Translations under genes and position numbers: made by a program
Origin: an uncultured Methanosarcinales archaeon
Lineage (GTDB): Archaea; Nanobdellota; Nanobdellia; Woesearchaeales; WAPY01
DNA: 24,293 nt
Reading direction: 5' to 3'
Assembly (NCBI GenBank): GCA_964385745.1
Contig: CAYLQB010000006.1
Span: forward strand, 1 to 24,293
Notes under the pieces: generated by a model
Seen by the model: only the letters and a program-made list of their open reading frames with translations
What the model was told of the DNA's origin: nothing
Database searches by the model: none
Part shown: positions 9,719-18,533 of the stretch, piece by piece
How the letters are laid out: the number at the start of each line of letters is the position of its first letter
Numbering within the stretch: the first letter of the stretch is position 1

Positions 9719-9866
9719 AAAGCAACGATATTCCAGATAGGAGTCAGAAAAACAAAAATTTTAAAAACAGAGAGATAAAGGTATATTAATAGTAGTTAAA
9801 AGCGATATAAACAAAGCAGGATGATGATAATGCTGTTGTTTATAAACAAATAAGAAGAGGTATAAA

Positions 9867-10496
9867 ATGCCAGACAATGTCCCAATCAATAAGGTTCTAC
9901 AGATGAGAACTCAAGGACTAAATAATTCTCAAATCATAGAGGCCTTGGAGAGAGAAGGTTATAACCCAAACCAGATATTTGATGCTATGAACCAGGCAGA
10001 TATGAAAGCATCAATTGAGAAAGCGCCAAATCTCGAAACTGTCCAAACTCAGAATCCAATAGACCCGACTATAAGTGCACAACAACCACAGATAACTCCA
10101 CAAGCAACCCAGACGGCACCAGGACATGATTATTATAATCAGGATTATGGAACAGGAATGCTTGACACAGATACAGAAAAAATAGAGGAGATAGCAGAGG
10201 CAATTATCAATGAGAAATGGGAGGATTTAGTGACAAGCTTAAATGAGGTAGTAGAATGGAAGAACAAGACAGAGCAGAGAATAAACAAGTTCGAGCAGAG
10301 AGTTACTGATTTAAAAGATGCCTTCACACAGTTGCAGAAAGGACTTATGGACAAGATTTCGGAGTATGACCAGCACATTATGGATGTCGGAACAGAAGTA
10401 AAGGCAATGGAAACAGTGTTCAAAAAAGTCCTGCCGACATTAACATCAAATGTAACAGAATTATCAAGCATTGTAAACAAACTAAAAGAGAAATAA
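9867..10496 (+). CDS. Three-part protein: small N-terminal helical domain, P/Q/T-rich linker, C-terminal coiled coil. Function unknown.
   Basis: 209-aa ORF with SD GAGGT upstream. The N-terminus is INKVLQMRTQGLNNSQIIEALEREGYNPNQIFDAMNQA. The linker is TVQTQNPIDPTISAQQPQITPQATQTAPG. The C-terminal region is EKIEEIAEAIINEKWEDL...KAMETVFKKVLPTLTSNVTELSSIVNKLKEK. Confidence 0.6.
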   Translation: MPDNVPINKVLQMRTQGLNNSQIIEALEREGYNPNQIFDAMNQADMKASIEKAPNLETVQTQNPIDPTISAQQPQITPQATQTAPGHDYYNQDYGTGMLDTDTEKIEEIAEAIINEKWEDLVTSLNEVVEWKNKTEQRINKFEQRVTDLKDAFTQLQKGLMDKISEYDQHIMDVGTEVKAMETVFKKVLPTLTSNVTELSSIVNKLKEK

Positions 10497-10661
10497 AAGA
10501 AAGCGAAGATAACATAAAGACAAGCTGGAATGGACTAACAGTTCATAAAGTTTATTTCTCTTCGTTAATAATCATTAACAAATAAGAAAAGATTTAAATA
10601 AAAGAATGATTTTATTTAAGAGTATAATAATATATGTAAAAAGATTGTATGAGGTGTCAAT

Positions 10662-10928
10662 ATGCTGAGAATGAAATTATTAAGCGAAACATATAACTTA
10701 GATGTGTTCACAGAAGATGGAGATTACTTTGGGTACATTGAAGAGCCCTTACTTACTGAAAATAAGGTCGGAGCATGGCGCATAAGGGCGAAGAAGGGCT
10801 CTGTCCTGAGCAAGATTGTTGGAGGAGGGGCAAAGGGAGTTATAATACCACATCAACTCGTGAAAACCCTGGGAGATATTATGATTATAAGCAAGCAGGC
10901 AGTTCCAAGCTACAAAGAAGAAGAATAA
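10662..10928 (+). CDS. Single-domain PRC-barrel protein
   Basis: 88-aa ORF with SD GAGGTG 5 nt upstream. The PRC-barrel pattern is present: VFTEDGDYFGYIEEPLL..NKVGAWRI.....GVIIPHQLVKTLGDIMIIS. Its size matches the stand-alone archaeal PRC-barrel proteins. Confidence 0.6.
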   Translation: MLRMKLLSETYNLDVFTEDGDYFGYIEEPLLTENKVGAWRIRAKKGSVLSKIVGGGAKGVIIPHQLVKTLGDIMIISKQAVPSYKEEE

Positions 10929-11002
10929 ATAACAAGAACGCCTGAATAATATTTTAATTTAATTTTCTTATCTTTACATTGCAATTCTCTTCTCTTGTTT
11001 AA

Positions 11003-11028
11003 TATTTCCTGCTCAACAGTAGGAAATA
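11003..11028 (+). terminator. Hairpin downstream of the PRC-barrel gene (possible 3' end of the ATPase-led transcription unit)
   Basis: TATTTCCTGCT-CAAC-AGTAGGAAATA forms an 11-bp stem with one G-U pair and a 4-nt loop. It lies 75 nt after the stop at 10928 and is preceded by T-rich runs (TTTTAATTTAATTTTCTTATCTTT). Confidence 0.3.
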
Positions 11029-11150
11029 CTATTGTCATTCTATTCTTAGATTATAATAAACCAGGCATCGGCAGGCCACCAGACAAAATTCGACTTGGAA
11101 GACCATTTAAACTACTATTAAATGAATAAAGTAAGCAGAAAAAAGTAAAG

Positions 11151-11160
11151 TTTTTTATAT
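11151..11160 (+). promoter_or_regulatory. TATA-box candidate for the 414-aa orphan gene (leaderless geometry)
   Basis: TTTTTTATAT is centred about 31 nt upstream of the ATG at 11188. It is preceded by a purine-rich, BRE-like AAAAGTAAAG. There is no SD. Confidence 0.4.
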
Positions 11161-11187
11161 TTGTAAAACAATCCTCAATTAAGACAA

Positions 11188-12432
11188 ATGTCAAATAAGG
11201 AATATAAAGAGAAAATAAATAAATGGAATAAGGAAGATTTTCTAATCTGGAAGAAGTTCAATTTAGGCCTGGAAGTCAAGGAGATAAAGAAAAAGTCAAA
11301 GAGAAGAGGACTGGGAGAGAACAGGAAAGAAAATGAAATAAGGGGAATTGAGAATATTATTAATGCGATAGAAAGCATTAAGCCCAACGAGTATATTATA
11401 ATAGATGGAAGACAGATTATCCTACCTCAAGATAATCCTCGCTTTGAGATGAGCGCAAAGGGATTTAAAAAAAGAACGAACGCATTTTACCTGAAGAGAT
11501 TAACAATAGCAGAGCGGATGGATAAAAGAGAAAGTCCTCAAAAGATGCTTCTGGATATTATAAAAAAAGAATCAGAAACTTATATCATAAAAGGGAAATC
11601 AAAAGAACACTCATTCAGCGATGAGGACTATCCTTATCTTGCCCGCAGGGGATTTCACTGGTATAAAACAAACAGTACTCATGTATTAATGCCTCAGGTG
11701 GATATTCTAAAAGCAATCATATTGAGTTCTTTAATCATACATTATGACCGGCTTGGAAAAATGAGGTTGACATACTCTAATCCAGGAGGTAATTTTAATA
11801 TAGACATACCGAGTAGGGAAAATCCAAAGAATACATATCAGGTAAAGTTAAAGAATTTGGTTACAGAACTTCCTGATGGTTACGGCAACTGGGTAAATAT
11901 CGAGGGAATCACATCAGCACCATATGGTTCGAACAGCAGAATAGATTTATACAGTAATGAGAGCAACAGAACAAAACACTCTGAGATGAGATTAAACCAC
12001 ACAGTATTAACCGCTCTAATATTAAGACAGCATTTCAATGATGAAAGGTTAGGTTTAGGCAAATTCAAGAGCTCAAAAGCGATAAACAGAGAAACAAATA
12101 AAAGCCATCCAATACCGAGAGTTCTGCTTAACATAGTACCTTTACCAACAGAAGGACTCCTTAAATTTTATTTAAAATTACAGAACAATGTTTTAATATC
12201 AAAGAGAGAAAGTAACAGCAAAGGGAAGTATAACATAAGGTTAAAAAAACTAAATCAGGCCCAGGAGGAGGCCTTAATATCAGTAAGAAACATGCTCCTT
12301 CCAAGAAAGGCCTACCAAATAGACGACCAGTTTAACACTCTGGATAAATTAGTTTATTCAACCCTAAAAGAACTTCAAACTTATACAGGATACAAAATAA
12401 GAGACCTAAGGAGAGAAAAACATTTTATTTAA
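11188..12432 (+). CDS. Hypothetical protein: basic, cysteine-free, no recognisable domain
   Basis: 414-aa ATG-initiated ORF with a Lys/Arg-rich N-terminus, no TM segment and no Cys. There is no SD. A TATA-like TTTTTTATAT lies about 30 nt upstream, giving leaderless geometry. Long intergenic regions flank it on both sides. Confidence 0.6.
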   Translation: MSNKEYKEKINKWNKEDFLIWKKFNLGLEVKEIKKKSKRRGLGENRKENEIRGIENIINAIESIKPNEYIIIDGRQIILPQDNPRFEMSAKGFKKRTNAFYLKRLTIAERMDKRESPQKMLLDIIKKESETYIIKGKSKEHSFSDEDYPYLARRGFHWYKTNSTHVLMPQVDILKAIILSSLIIHYDRLGKMRLTYSNPGGNFNIDIPSRENPKNTYQVKLKNLVTELPDGYGNWVNIEGITSAPYGSNSRIDLYSNESNRTKHSEMRLNHTVLTALILRQHFNDERLGLGKFKSSKAINRETNKSHPIPRVLLNIVPLPTEGLLKFYLKLQNNVLISKRESNSKGKYNIRLKKLNQAQEEALISVRNMLLPRKAYQIDDQFNTLDKLVYSTLKELQTYTGYKIRDLRREKHFI

Positions 12433-12494
12433 CCAAGCGAAGAAGAGGTTTTGATTTATTCAGCATTCTCTTTTTATTTGAAAAGATATCTGAG

Positions 12495-12521
12495 GAATCA
12501 CATCAAGAATCACATCAAGAA
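12495..12521. repeat. Short tandem repeat (12 nt x 2.25) in a convergent intergenic region
   Basis: GAATCACATCAA GAATCACATCAA GAA lies between the 3' ends of the orphan gene and rps10. Confidence 0.6.
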
Positions 12522-12623
12522 ATTAAGACAATAGATAAGATTTTTAAACGATACCTAAAAAGAATAAAGTTTTCTCCTCAAAGAAGGATCAACATTATAA
12601 AAAAAGAAGGATATATTAAAAAT

Positions 12624-12956
12624 TTAATCAATCATTTCTATCTCAATATTTAAGCCCTCAGGGACAGGAACTCTCATTATCAACCTTAAAGTTCTCTCGT
12701 CAGCATCTAAATCAATTAATCTCTTGTGAATCCTCATTTCATACCTTTCCCATGTTGCTGTTCCATCTCCACACGGGCTCTTTCTTGTTGTGATTCTAAG
12801 CTTCTTCGTAGGCAAGGGTATTGGTCCTCTCATTCTTACACCTGTCTTTTCAACTACACTCTTAATATAATCGCAGGTCGTGTTGACCTTTTCAATATCC
12901 GTACTCGCTAATTTTATCCTTGCCTTTGGCATTTTTCTCACACTTCTCGCTGTCAT
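12624..12956 (-). CDS. rps10: 30S ribosomal protein S10 (uS10)
   Basis: [43 protein letters not shown]...[12 protein letters not shown] is typical archaeal uS10. An alternative start at the second Met (ATG ending at 12932, MPKARIKL) fits family N-termini better. The longer start at 12956 has leaderless geometry. Confidence 0.9.
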   Translation of the reverse strand: MTARSVRKMPKARIKLASTDIEKVNTTCDYIKSVVEKTGVRMRGPIPLPTKKLRITTRKSPCGDGTATWERYEMRIHKRLIDLDADERTLRLIMRVPVPEGLNIEIEMID

Positions 12957-13000
12957 AACAAAGTAAACTTTGTTATAACAACATTTTATTTATTAATTCG

Positions 13001-13026
13001 TATCTTTTATTTCATATCTTTTATTT
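13001..13026. repeat. Direct repeat of a 12-nt AT-rich box upstream of rps10
   Basis: TATCTTTTATTT-CA-TATCTTTTATTT (minus strand AAATAAAAGATA x2) lies 45-70 nt upstream of the rps10 ATG. Confidence 0.5.
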
Positions 13027-13060
13027 TTCAATTAAAAAATACTAAAAATAAAATATTTAC

Positions 13061-14347
13061 TTAAATCTCCTTCTTCACAAGGTCAATGCACATTCCAGCC
13101 GCAACTGTCATGCCCATATCCCTGACCGCAAACTTTGCCAACTGTGGAATCTCCTTCTGCTTTTCAATAACAACAGGTACTATCGGCTTCACCCTTACTA
13201 TTGCAGCATCTCCTGATTTCAAGAAGTCAGGATGCTCTTTTAGAACTTCTCCTGTTGCTGGATTTATCTTCTTGATTAACTCGACAAATTGGCACGGAAC
13301 CTGTGATGTATGTATGTGGAAGACAGGTGTATAACCAGTTGTCAATACAGTTGGGTGATTCAAAACAATAATCTGTGCAGTAAACTCTGTTGCTATTGTT
13401 GGTGGAGTGTCAAGGTGTCCGATAACATCTCCTCTTGTTATGTCCTTCTTTCCAAACCCACGGACATTAAAGCCGATGTTATCTCCTGGCTCTGCTTTAT
13501 CCAATCTCTCGTGGTGTTCTTCTATGGTCTTGACTTCTCCTTTAACACCCTTTCCTTCTCTTCCGGGAACAGCGATTATTTTATCGCCAACCTTCAAAAC
13601 ACCGGTCTCTACTCTCCCAACAGGGACTACTCCAATTCCAGTTATGTTATAAACATCCTGAATAGGCAATCTCAAAGGAAGATTTGTTGGTTTCTCAGGA
13701 ACCTTCAAGGTATCCAATGCCTGGAGAAGTGTTAATCCCTTATACCAGGCCATATTCTCTGATTTCTTAACAACATTATCTCCCTTATAAGCAGATATTG
13801 GAATGAATGGAATCTCATCTGTCTTGAAACCGAGTGTCTTCAATAACTGTGTAACTTCATCCTTGATTTTGTTGAACTTTGCCTCTTCATACTTTGCCAT
13901 GTCCATCTTGTTGACTGCAACAATCATCTGCTTTACGCCCAATGTTCTGGCCAGGATAGCATGTTCTTTTGTCTGTGCCTGAACACCCTCATTCGCTGAT
14001 ACAACGAGGACAGCCGCGTCTGCCTGAGAAGCACCGGTTATCATGTTCTTGATAAAATCCCTGTGACCTGGAGCATCTATTATTGTAAAGTAATACTTCT
14101 GACTCTCAAATTTCTTATGAGCCAAATCAATAGTAACTCCTCTTTCTCTTTCCTCTTTCAAATTATCCATAACGAAAGCGAACTCAAATCCGCCCTTACC
14201 TAACTTCTCTGCTTCCTCTTTCAATTTTCTAAGCTTCTGCTCCCCGATATTTCCGGAATCGTAGAGTAATCTACCTACTGTTGTTGACTTTCCATGGTCA
14301 ACATGTCCTATAAAGATAAGATTTATGTGTGGTTTTGTATTTGCCAT
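13061..14347 (-). CDS. tuf: Translation elongation factor 1-alpha (aEF-1A / EF-Tu family)
   Basis: [10 protein letters not shown]1 motif, DAPGH, NKMD, and full-length collinearity with aEF-1alpha. The ORF track starts at a TTG at 14351-14353. The ATG at 14345-14347 (MANTKPH...) follows GGAGGT by 8 nt and is preferred. Confidence 0.95.
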   Translation of the reverse strand: MANTKPHINLIFIGHVDHGKSTTVGRLLYDSGNIGEQKLRKLKEEAEKLGKGGFEFAFVMDNLKEERERGVTIDLAHKKFESQKYYFTIIDAPGHRDFIKNMITGASQADAAVLVVSANEGVQAQTKEHAILARTLGVKQMIVAVNKMDMAKYEEAKFNKIKDEVTQLLKTLGFKTDEIPFIPISAYKGDNVVKKSENMAWYKGLTLLQALDTLKVPEKPTNLPLRLPIQDVYNITGIGVVPVGRVETGVLKVGDKIIAVPGREGKGVKGEVKTIEEHHERLDKAEPGDNIGFNVRGFGKKDITRGDVIGHLDTPPTIATEFTAQIIVLNHPTVLTTGYTPVFHIHTSQVPCQFVELIKKINPATGEVLKEHPDFLKSGDAAIVRVKPIVPVVIEKQKEIPQLAKFAVRDMGMTVAAGMCIDLVKKEI

Positions 14348-14617
14348 TTTCAATAACCTCCTAAATTTTCAGTTTAATTTTTATTTAATATTTTATTTAA
14401 TGTCTTCCTAATATTCTATTACTGCTTTTATTTACTCCTCAAAAAAATGTAATCTTTGATTATTCTGCTTCTCAATTACCCCTCTTATAGGAGTTTGGTT
14501 TTTATTTATAAAACTTATGGTTTATAGGAGCTCAATAATGCGCCTCTTTTTATGAAGCCCTTACGAAACTCTTATCGTATGCTTTCGAAATGCAACCATA
14601 AATCTTAACTACATTAC

Positions 14618-16819
14618 TTAAGCGTTGTCTCTGACAGCAATACCAAACTCATTAACCTTCAATCCCTTTCTGTTTCTTATCGCCTTAATTATCTTAATCT
14701 GCAAGTCATAAGGCAACTTCTCAAATGTCTGGTCAACAACGAACTGCATTCCCCTTCCACTGGTGGCTGATCTAAGTTCAGAGCTTAAACCAAATGTTTC
14801 TGCAACAGGTAGTTTACACTTGACTACAATCTCACTTCTCTCCTGTTTCATATCCAACAATTGTCCTCTCCTGTTATTAATCAACTTTGACAACTCTCCC
14901 ATATATTCTTCAGGAGCTTCAAACTGCATTGTCTGAACTGGCTCGAGCAGCAAAGGTTTTGCCTGCATCATAGCCAGTCGTATTCCATCCCTTACAGCAG
15001 GATATATCTGTGCTGGCCCACGGTGAATTGCATCCTCATGGAGTTTAGCATCTGTTAGCATAACCTTAACTCCTGTACACGGCTCTCGAGCAATTGGACC
15101 TGCGGACATAACATCCTCAAACATATCCATAACCATTTCAATAATTTCTCCAATATGAATAATACCACGGGTCATATCAATCAAGAGATTTCCGTTAAAG
15201 ATATCTCTAACTTTCCTTGATATCTTAGAATCCATACCATGCTCTTCAAGTGCTTTCCAAACTGCTGCGTCCTTTTTCTTAACTCTCATTTCAGGTATTT
15301 TGCCCTCTTTTATGGCAAGCCATAATTCTTTATCGAGGGGCTCAACAATAAATCTTAATTTGTTATGCTTATTTGGGGACTTACCTTCAACCTCTATACT
15401 TTTTTGAGTTACTGTCTCCCTATAAACAACTATAGGATTGCTCGTCTTTACATCAACCTTCTTCTCAGTTCTAATCCTGTTTTCTATTACATCAAGTTGC
15501 AATTCTCCCATACCACTGATTAAATGCTCACCTGTTTCCTCATTGATTTCAATACGAACACCAGGGTCTTCCTTTTTAACTTCTCTCAAAACTTCAATAA
15601 GTTTAGGAAGGTCAGACGCCTTCTTTGCTTCGATGGCTTTTGTAACGACTGGCTCAAAGAGATGCTTCATCTCTTCAAACGGCTCCATTTCCTCGCTAGA
15701 TATTGTCTCACCAGCTCTTACATCTTTCAATCCGACGATTCCGATGATGTTCCCTGCCTCTGCCTCACTGATAATCTCCCTCTTTGGTCCATTATAAACA
15801 GAAACCTGCTGTATTCTGACTCTCTTCTTTGCGAGGTTCATATACACTTCCATACCTGGTTTTATCGTACCTGAAAAAATACGGCCAGCTGCGATTTCAC
15901 CAGCGTGCTTGTCAATAACAATTTTAGTAACACCAAAACTCAATGGTCCACCAGCGTCACAATTCAACAAGGCCTTTCCAACCTCTGAATCGAGGTCGCC
16001 ATACCATATTTTTGGAATTCTGTACTTTTGTGCCTCTCTTGGATTCGGCAGGTGCTTTATAACCATATCCAGAACAACCTTATGGAGAGGTGCCTTTTTA
16101 GCCAGTTCTTTTATTGCATCAGGACTTTCAGATGTGTAAGCGTCTATAACATCCTTGAATGTTATACCTGTCTTTTTCATAAATGGAACTGACAGAGCCC
16201 AATTATGAACAGCAGAACCAAACGCCACAGTTCCCATATCGACATTTACCTGCCACTTATGCTTATACTCATCCTCTGCAATCTTACCAATAAGTTCATT
16301 AACATGGTTTATGATTTTAACAAATCTCTGCTGCATCTGCTCAGGAGTCAACTTCAGTTCCTTTATTAAACGGTCGACTTTATTGATAAACAAAACCGGT
16401 TTAACCCTTTCCTTCAATGCCTGCCTAAGAACTGTCTCTGTCTGAGGCATAACCCCCTCAACAGCACACACAAGGACAACCGTTCCGTCCGTAGCCCTCA
16501 TAGCACGAGTAACATCACCACCAAAATCAACGTGGCCGGGAGTATCAATTAGATTAATCAAATACTCGCTATTGTCAAACTCATGAACCATAGAGCAGTT
16601 AGCTGAATCAATTGTTATTCCCCTCTGAGCTTCATCCTCATGGAAGTCAAGGACCAACTGCTTACCTGCCAGGGCCTCAGACATCATTCCGGCACCGGCT
16701 ATTAAATTATCTGAAAATGTTGTCTTACCATGATCAATATGAGCCGAAGTACATATATTCCTTATATACTCGACATTCTTCATAATCCTCAATATTTTAT
16801 CAACCATTTTTTCTGCCAT
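14618..16819 (-). CDS. fusA: Translation elongation factor 2 (aEF-2)
   Basis: AHIDHGKTT, DTPGHVDF, NKVDR, and the diphthamide-region motif HEDAIHRGPAQ. The 733-aa length is typical. SD AAGGTG lies 5 nt upstream of the ATG. Confidence 0.95.
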   Translation of the reverse strand: MAEKMVDKILRIMKNVEYIRNICTSAHIDHGKTTFSDNLIAGAGMMSEALAGKQLVLDFHEDEAQRGITIDSANCSMVHEFDNSEYLINLIDTPGHVDFGGDVTRAMRATDGTVVLVCAVEGVMPQTETVLRQALKERVKPVLFINKVDRLIKELKLTPEQMQQRFVKIINHVNELIGKIAEDEYKHKWQVNVDMGTVAFGSAVHNWALSVPFMKKTGITFKDVIDAYTSESPDAIKELAKKAPLHKVVLDMVIKHLPNPREAQKYRIPKIWYGDLDSEVGKALLNCDAGGPLSFGVTKIVIDKHAGEIAAGRIFSGTIKPGMEVYMNLAKKRVRIQQVSVYNGPKREIISEAEAGNIIGIVGLKDVRAGETISSEEMEPFEEMKHLFEPVVTKAIEAKKASDLPKLIEVLREVKKEDPGVRIEINEETGEHLISGMGELQLDVIENRIRTEKKVDVKTSNPIVVYRETVTQKSIEVEGKSPNKHNKLRFIVEPLDKELWLAIKEGKIPEMRVKKKDAAVWKALEEHGMDSKISRKVRDIFNGNLLIDMTRGIIHIGEIIEMVMDMFEDVMSAGPIAREPCTGVKVMLTDAKLHEDAIHRGPAQIYPAVRDGIRLAMMQAKPLLLEPVQTMQFEAPEEYMGELSKLINNRRGQLLDMKQERSEIVVKCKLPVAETFGLSSELRSATSGRGMQFVVDQTFEKLPYDLQIKIIKAIRNRKGLKVNEFGIAVRDNA

Positions 16820-16944
16820 ATTTCCACCTTACTATTTTAACATTTTAATACCAAATGATTATTACAAATGAGATTAAATGAATAACAACGAACAAACCTG
16901 TGACTTAAATAAAAATACATAATCATAAACAAATAAAAGTATAA

Positions 16945-17424
16945 TCAAAAAACATGCTTCTCGTTTACTGTTTCATAATTAAACAGCTCATCATCTGAAA
17001 ACCAGAGGGCAATCTCTCTCTTTGCCGCTTCAATATCGCTGGATGCGTGTATCAAATTTTTGACAGCGATTCCCTTTTTATCAGCATATTCTGCTGAGTG
17101 CATTGCAAAGTCCCCTCTTATTGTTCCTGGAGGTGCTTTTCTCGGTTCTGTTGGACCAACGAGTTTTCTTACAATTTCAACACCGTGAACTCCTTCAATC
17201 ACCATCGCAATAACAGGACCCTCTGTTATCATAGTTTCAAGGAATTTATAAAATGGCTTGTCAACATGCTCTGCATAATGCTTCTTTGAAAATTCCTTAT
17301 CAATCCAGACCATTTTCATACCGACGATTTTTAGACCTGCCCTCTCAAAGCGTGAAATAATCTGGCCAACAACCTGCCTCTTAACAGCGTCAGGTTTCAA
17401 AACAACCAATGTCCTTTGAATCAT
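16945..17424 (-). CDS. ndk: Nucleoside diphosphate kinase
   Basis: RTLVVLKPDAV, GPVIAMVIEG, TIRGDFA, and the active-site histidine in NLIHASSD. An SD (GGAGGG) lies upstream. Confidence 0.9.
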   Translation of the reverse strand: MIQRTLVVLKPDAVKRQVVGQIISRFERAGLKIVGMKMVWIDKEFSKKHYAEHVDKPFYKFLETMITEGPVIAMVIEGVHGVEIVRKLVGPTEPRKAPPGTIRGDFAMHSAEYADKKGIAVKNLIHASSDIEAAKREIALWFSDDELFNYETVNEKHVF

Positions 17425-17489
17425 GAAACATCCCTCCGTTATTCAATAAATTCTTCAGTAAATCTTCTGATTTTATTGTCCAAATGACT

Positions 17490-17753
17490 TTACTTCTTTT
17501 TATGTGTATTCTTACTCTTTTTACTCTTTGCAGTTTTAACCTTAACCTTCTTGTCTGATTTTGAAGTATTACTTTTTACCCTTAACTCTCTGTGCTTCGC
17601 AGTCCACTTTATTTTTGCGGGCTTTCTCTTTAATTTAAGATAATTTTTCATACATTTGCTCGAACAAAAATTCAGGATAGTGCCATTTTTCTTGACGAAG
17701 ACGATTCCTGTTCCAGGAGTTACTGTTTTTCCACAAAAGCTACATTTTACCAT
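17490..17753 (-). CDS. rpl24e: 50S ribosomal protein L24e (eL24) with a Lys-rich C-terminal tail
   Basis: The zinc-ribbon core is CSFCGKTVTPGTGIVFVKKNGTILNFCSSKC. SD AAGGTG lies 5 nt upstream. The tail is SNTSKSDKKVKVKTAKSKKSKNTHKKK. Confidence 0.9.
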   Translation of the reverse strand: MVKCSFCGKTVTPGTGIVFVKKNGTILNFCSSKCMKNYLKLKRKPAKIKWTAKHRELRVKSNTSKSDKKVKVKTAKSKKSKNTHKKK

Positions 17754-17789
17754 ATTATCACCTTAAGCGAATTGTTAGATTTAATTTGC

Positions 17790-18083
17790 TCAACCTCTCC
17801 TTTTCTGTATTAAACCTCTGGCTTCAAATTCTGTCTCTCTAAGCATCAAAATATCACCAATTCTAACAGGACCCATAACATTTCTCCTTATTATCTTATT
17901 AGCGTCATTTCCCTCCAGGATTTTGCACCTTACCTGAGTCACCTCACCCCTCATACCTGTTCTTCCGAGTATCTCTTCAACTCGAGCAGCCCATGCAGGA
18001 GAAAAACTAACTTTGTTGCCGGTTGTCTCTGTTTTTGTTCCAGATCTTCTACGATTATAATCCTTTCTTTTTTGCATTCCCAT
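17790..18083 (-). CDS. rps28e: 30S ribosomal protein S28e (eS28) with a basic N-terminal extension
   Basis: The core [25 protein letters not shown]...[26 protein letters not shown] matches eS28. About 25 extra basic residues precede the conserved core. I saw no in-frame alternative ATG closer to the core. Confidence 0.85.
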   Translation of the reverse strand: MGMQKRKDYNRRRSGTKTETTGNKVSFSPAWAARVEEILGRTGMRGEVTQVRCKILEGNDANKIIRRNVMGPVRIGDILMLRETEFEARGLIQKRRG

Positions 18084-18104
18084 TTTCCAGCACCCTTCAG
18101 ATGA

Positions 18105-18533
18105 TTACTCCTTCTTTGGTTCTTCATCCCTTTTCTGTTGCTCCTGTTTCTGCTCCTCTGACTTGCTCTCTTTCTCTACTTTAGGAGTTTCCTCAGGTGA
18201 AGAAGCCAACAACTTTTTGGCTATGGCAACAATCAACTTTTTTGAGTCGCCTTCCTTTACTATGGCAACACTGGCTGTCGGAACACCGAGACCAGCGGCA
18301 ACTCCAAGTTCTTCCCTGCTTGGAACTTCAACAACCGGAATTTTCTTCTCCTTAGCCAATAAGGGTATATGCATAATTATTTCCTTTGGACTTACATCTG
18401 TAGCAACTATAACGAGCTTCGCATTCCCCCTTTCTATTGATTTGGTCACTTCATTTGTTCCTTTCCTTATTTTACCGGTTGTTCTGGCTATCTCCACAGC
18501 TTCGAGCGCTTCATCAACAATTTTTTCAGTCAT
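18105..18533 (-). CDS. rpl7ae: 50S ribosomal protein L7Ae (K-turn binding) with an acidic/basic C-terminal tail
   Basis: [61 protein letters not shown] matches L7Ae. SD AAGGTG lies 5 nt upstream. About 30 aa of K/E/Q-rich sequence ([29 protein letters not shown]) extend beyond the usual end. Confidence 0.9.
   Translation of the reverse strand: MTEKIVDEALEAVEIARTTGKIRKGTNEVTKSIERGNAKLVIVATDVSPKEIIMHIPLLAKEKKIPVVEVPSREELGVAAGLGVPTASVAIVKEGDSKKLIVAIAKKLLASSPEETPKVEKESKSEEQKQEQQKRDEEPKKE

Noticed and set aside
9821-9827. Box C-like ATGATGA in the intergenic region upstream of the 209-aa gene (possible C/D sRNA, relevant because L7Ae is encoded nearby)
   Set aside because: No CTGA D box and no terminal stem lie within about 70 nt downstream on the same strand. 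It is most likely chance in A/G-rich sequence.
9367-10480. Minus-strand ORFs of 107 aa and 111 aa opposite the two coiled-coil genes
   Set aside because: Antisense frames of Lys/Glu-rich coiled-coil genes naturally stay open, producing Phe/Leu/Ser-rich translations. The sense ORFs have SD sequences and the antisense ORFs do not.
11040-11110. Moderately GC-rich patch (CCAGGCATCGGCAGGCCACCAGAC) in the intergenic region, examined as a possible tRNA or tRNA fragment
   Set aside because: I found no acceptor, D or T-arm complementarity and no GTTCGAATC-like T-loop. It is too short and unstructured.
11175-11387. 70-aa minus-strand ORF overlapping the 5' end of the 414-aa orphan
   Set aside because: It is the antisense frame of a Lys-rich region (Phe/Leu/Ser-rich translation). 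The longer sense ORF with a TATA box is the better model.
13086-16139. Plus-strand ORFs of 76-141 aa antisense to tuf and fusA
   Set aside because: These are shadow ORFs opposite two highly conserved elongation-factor genes. They have no motifs and no initiation signals.
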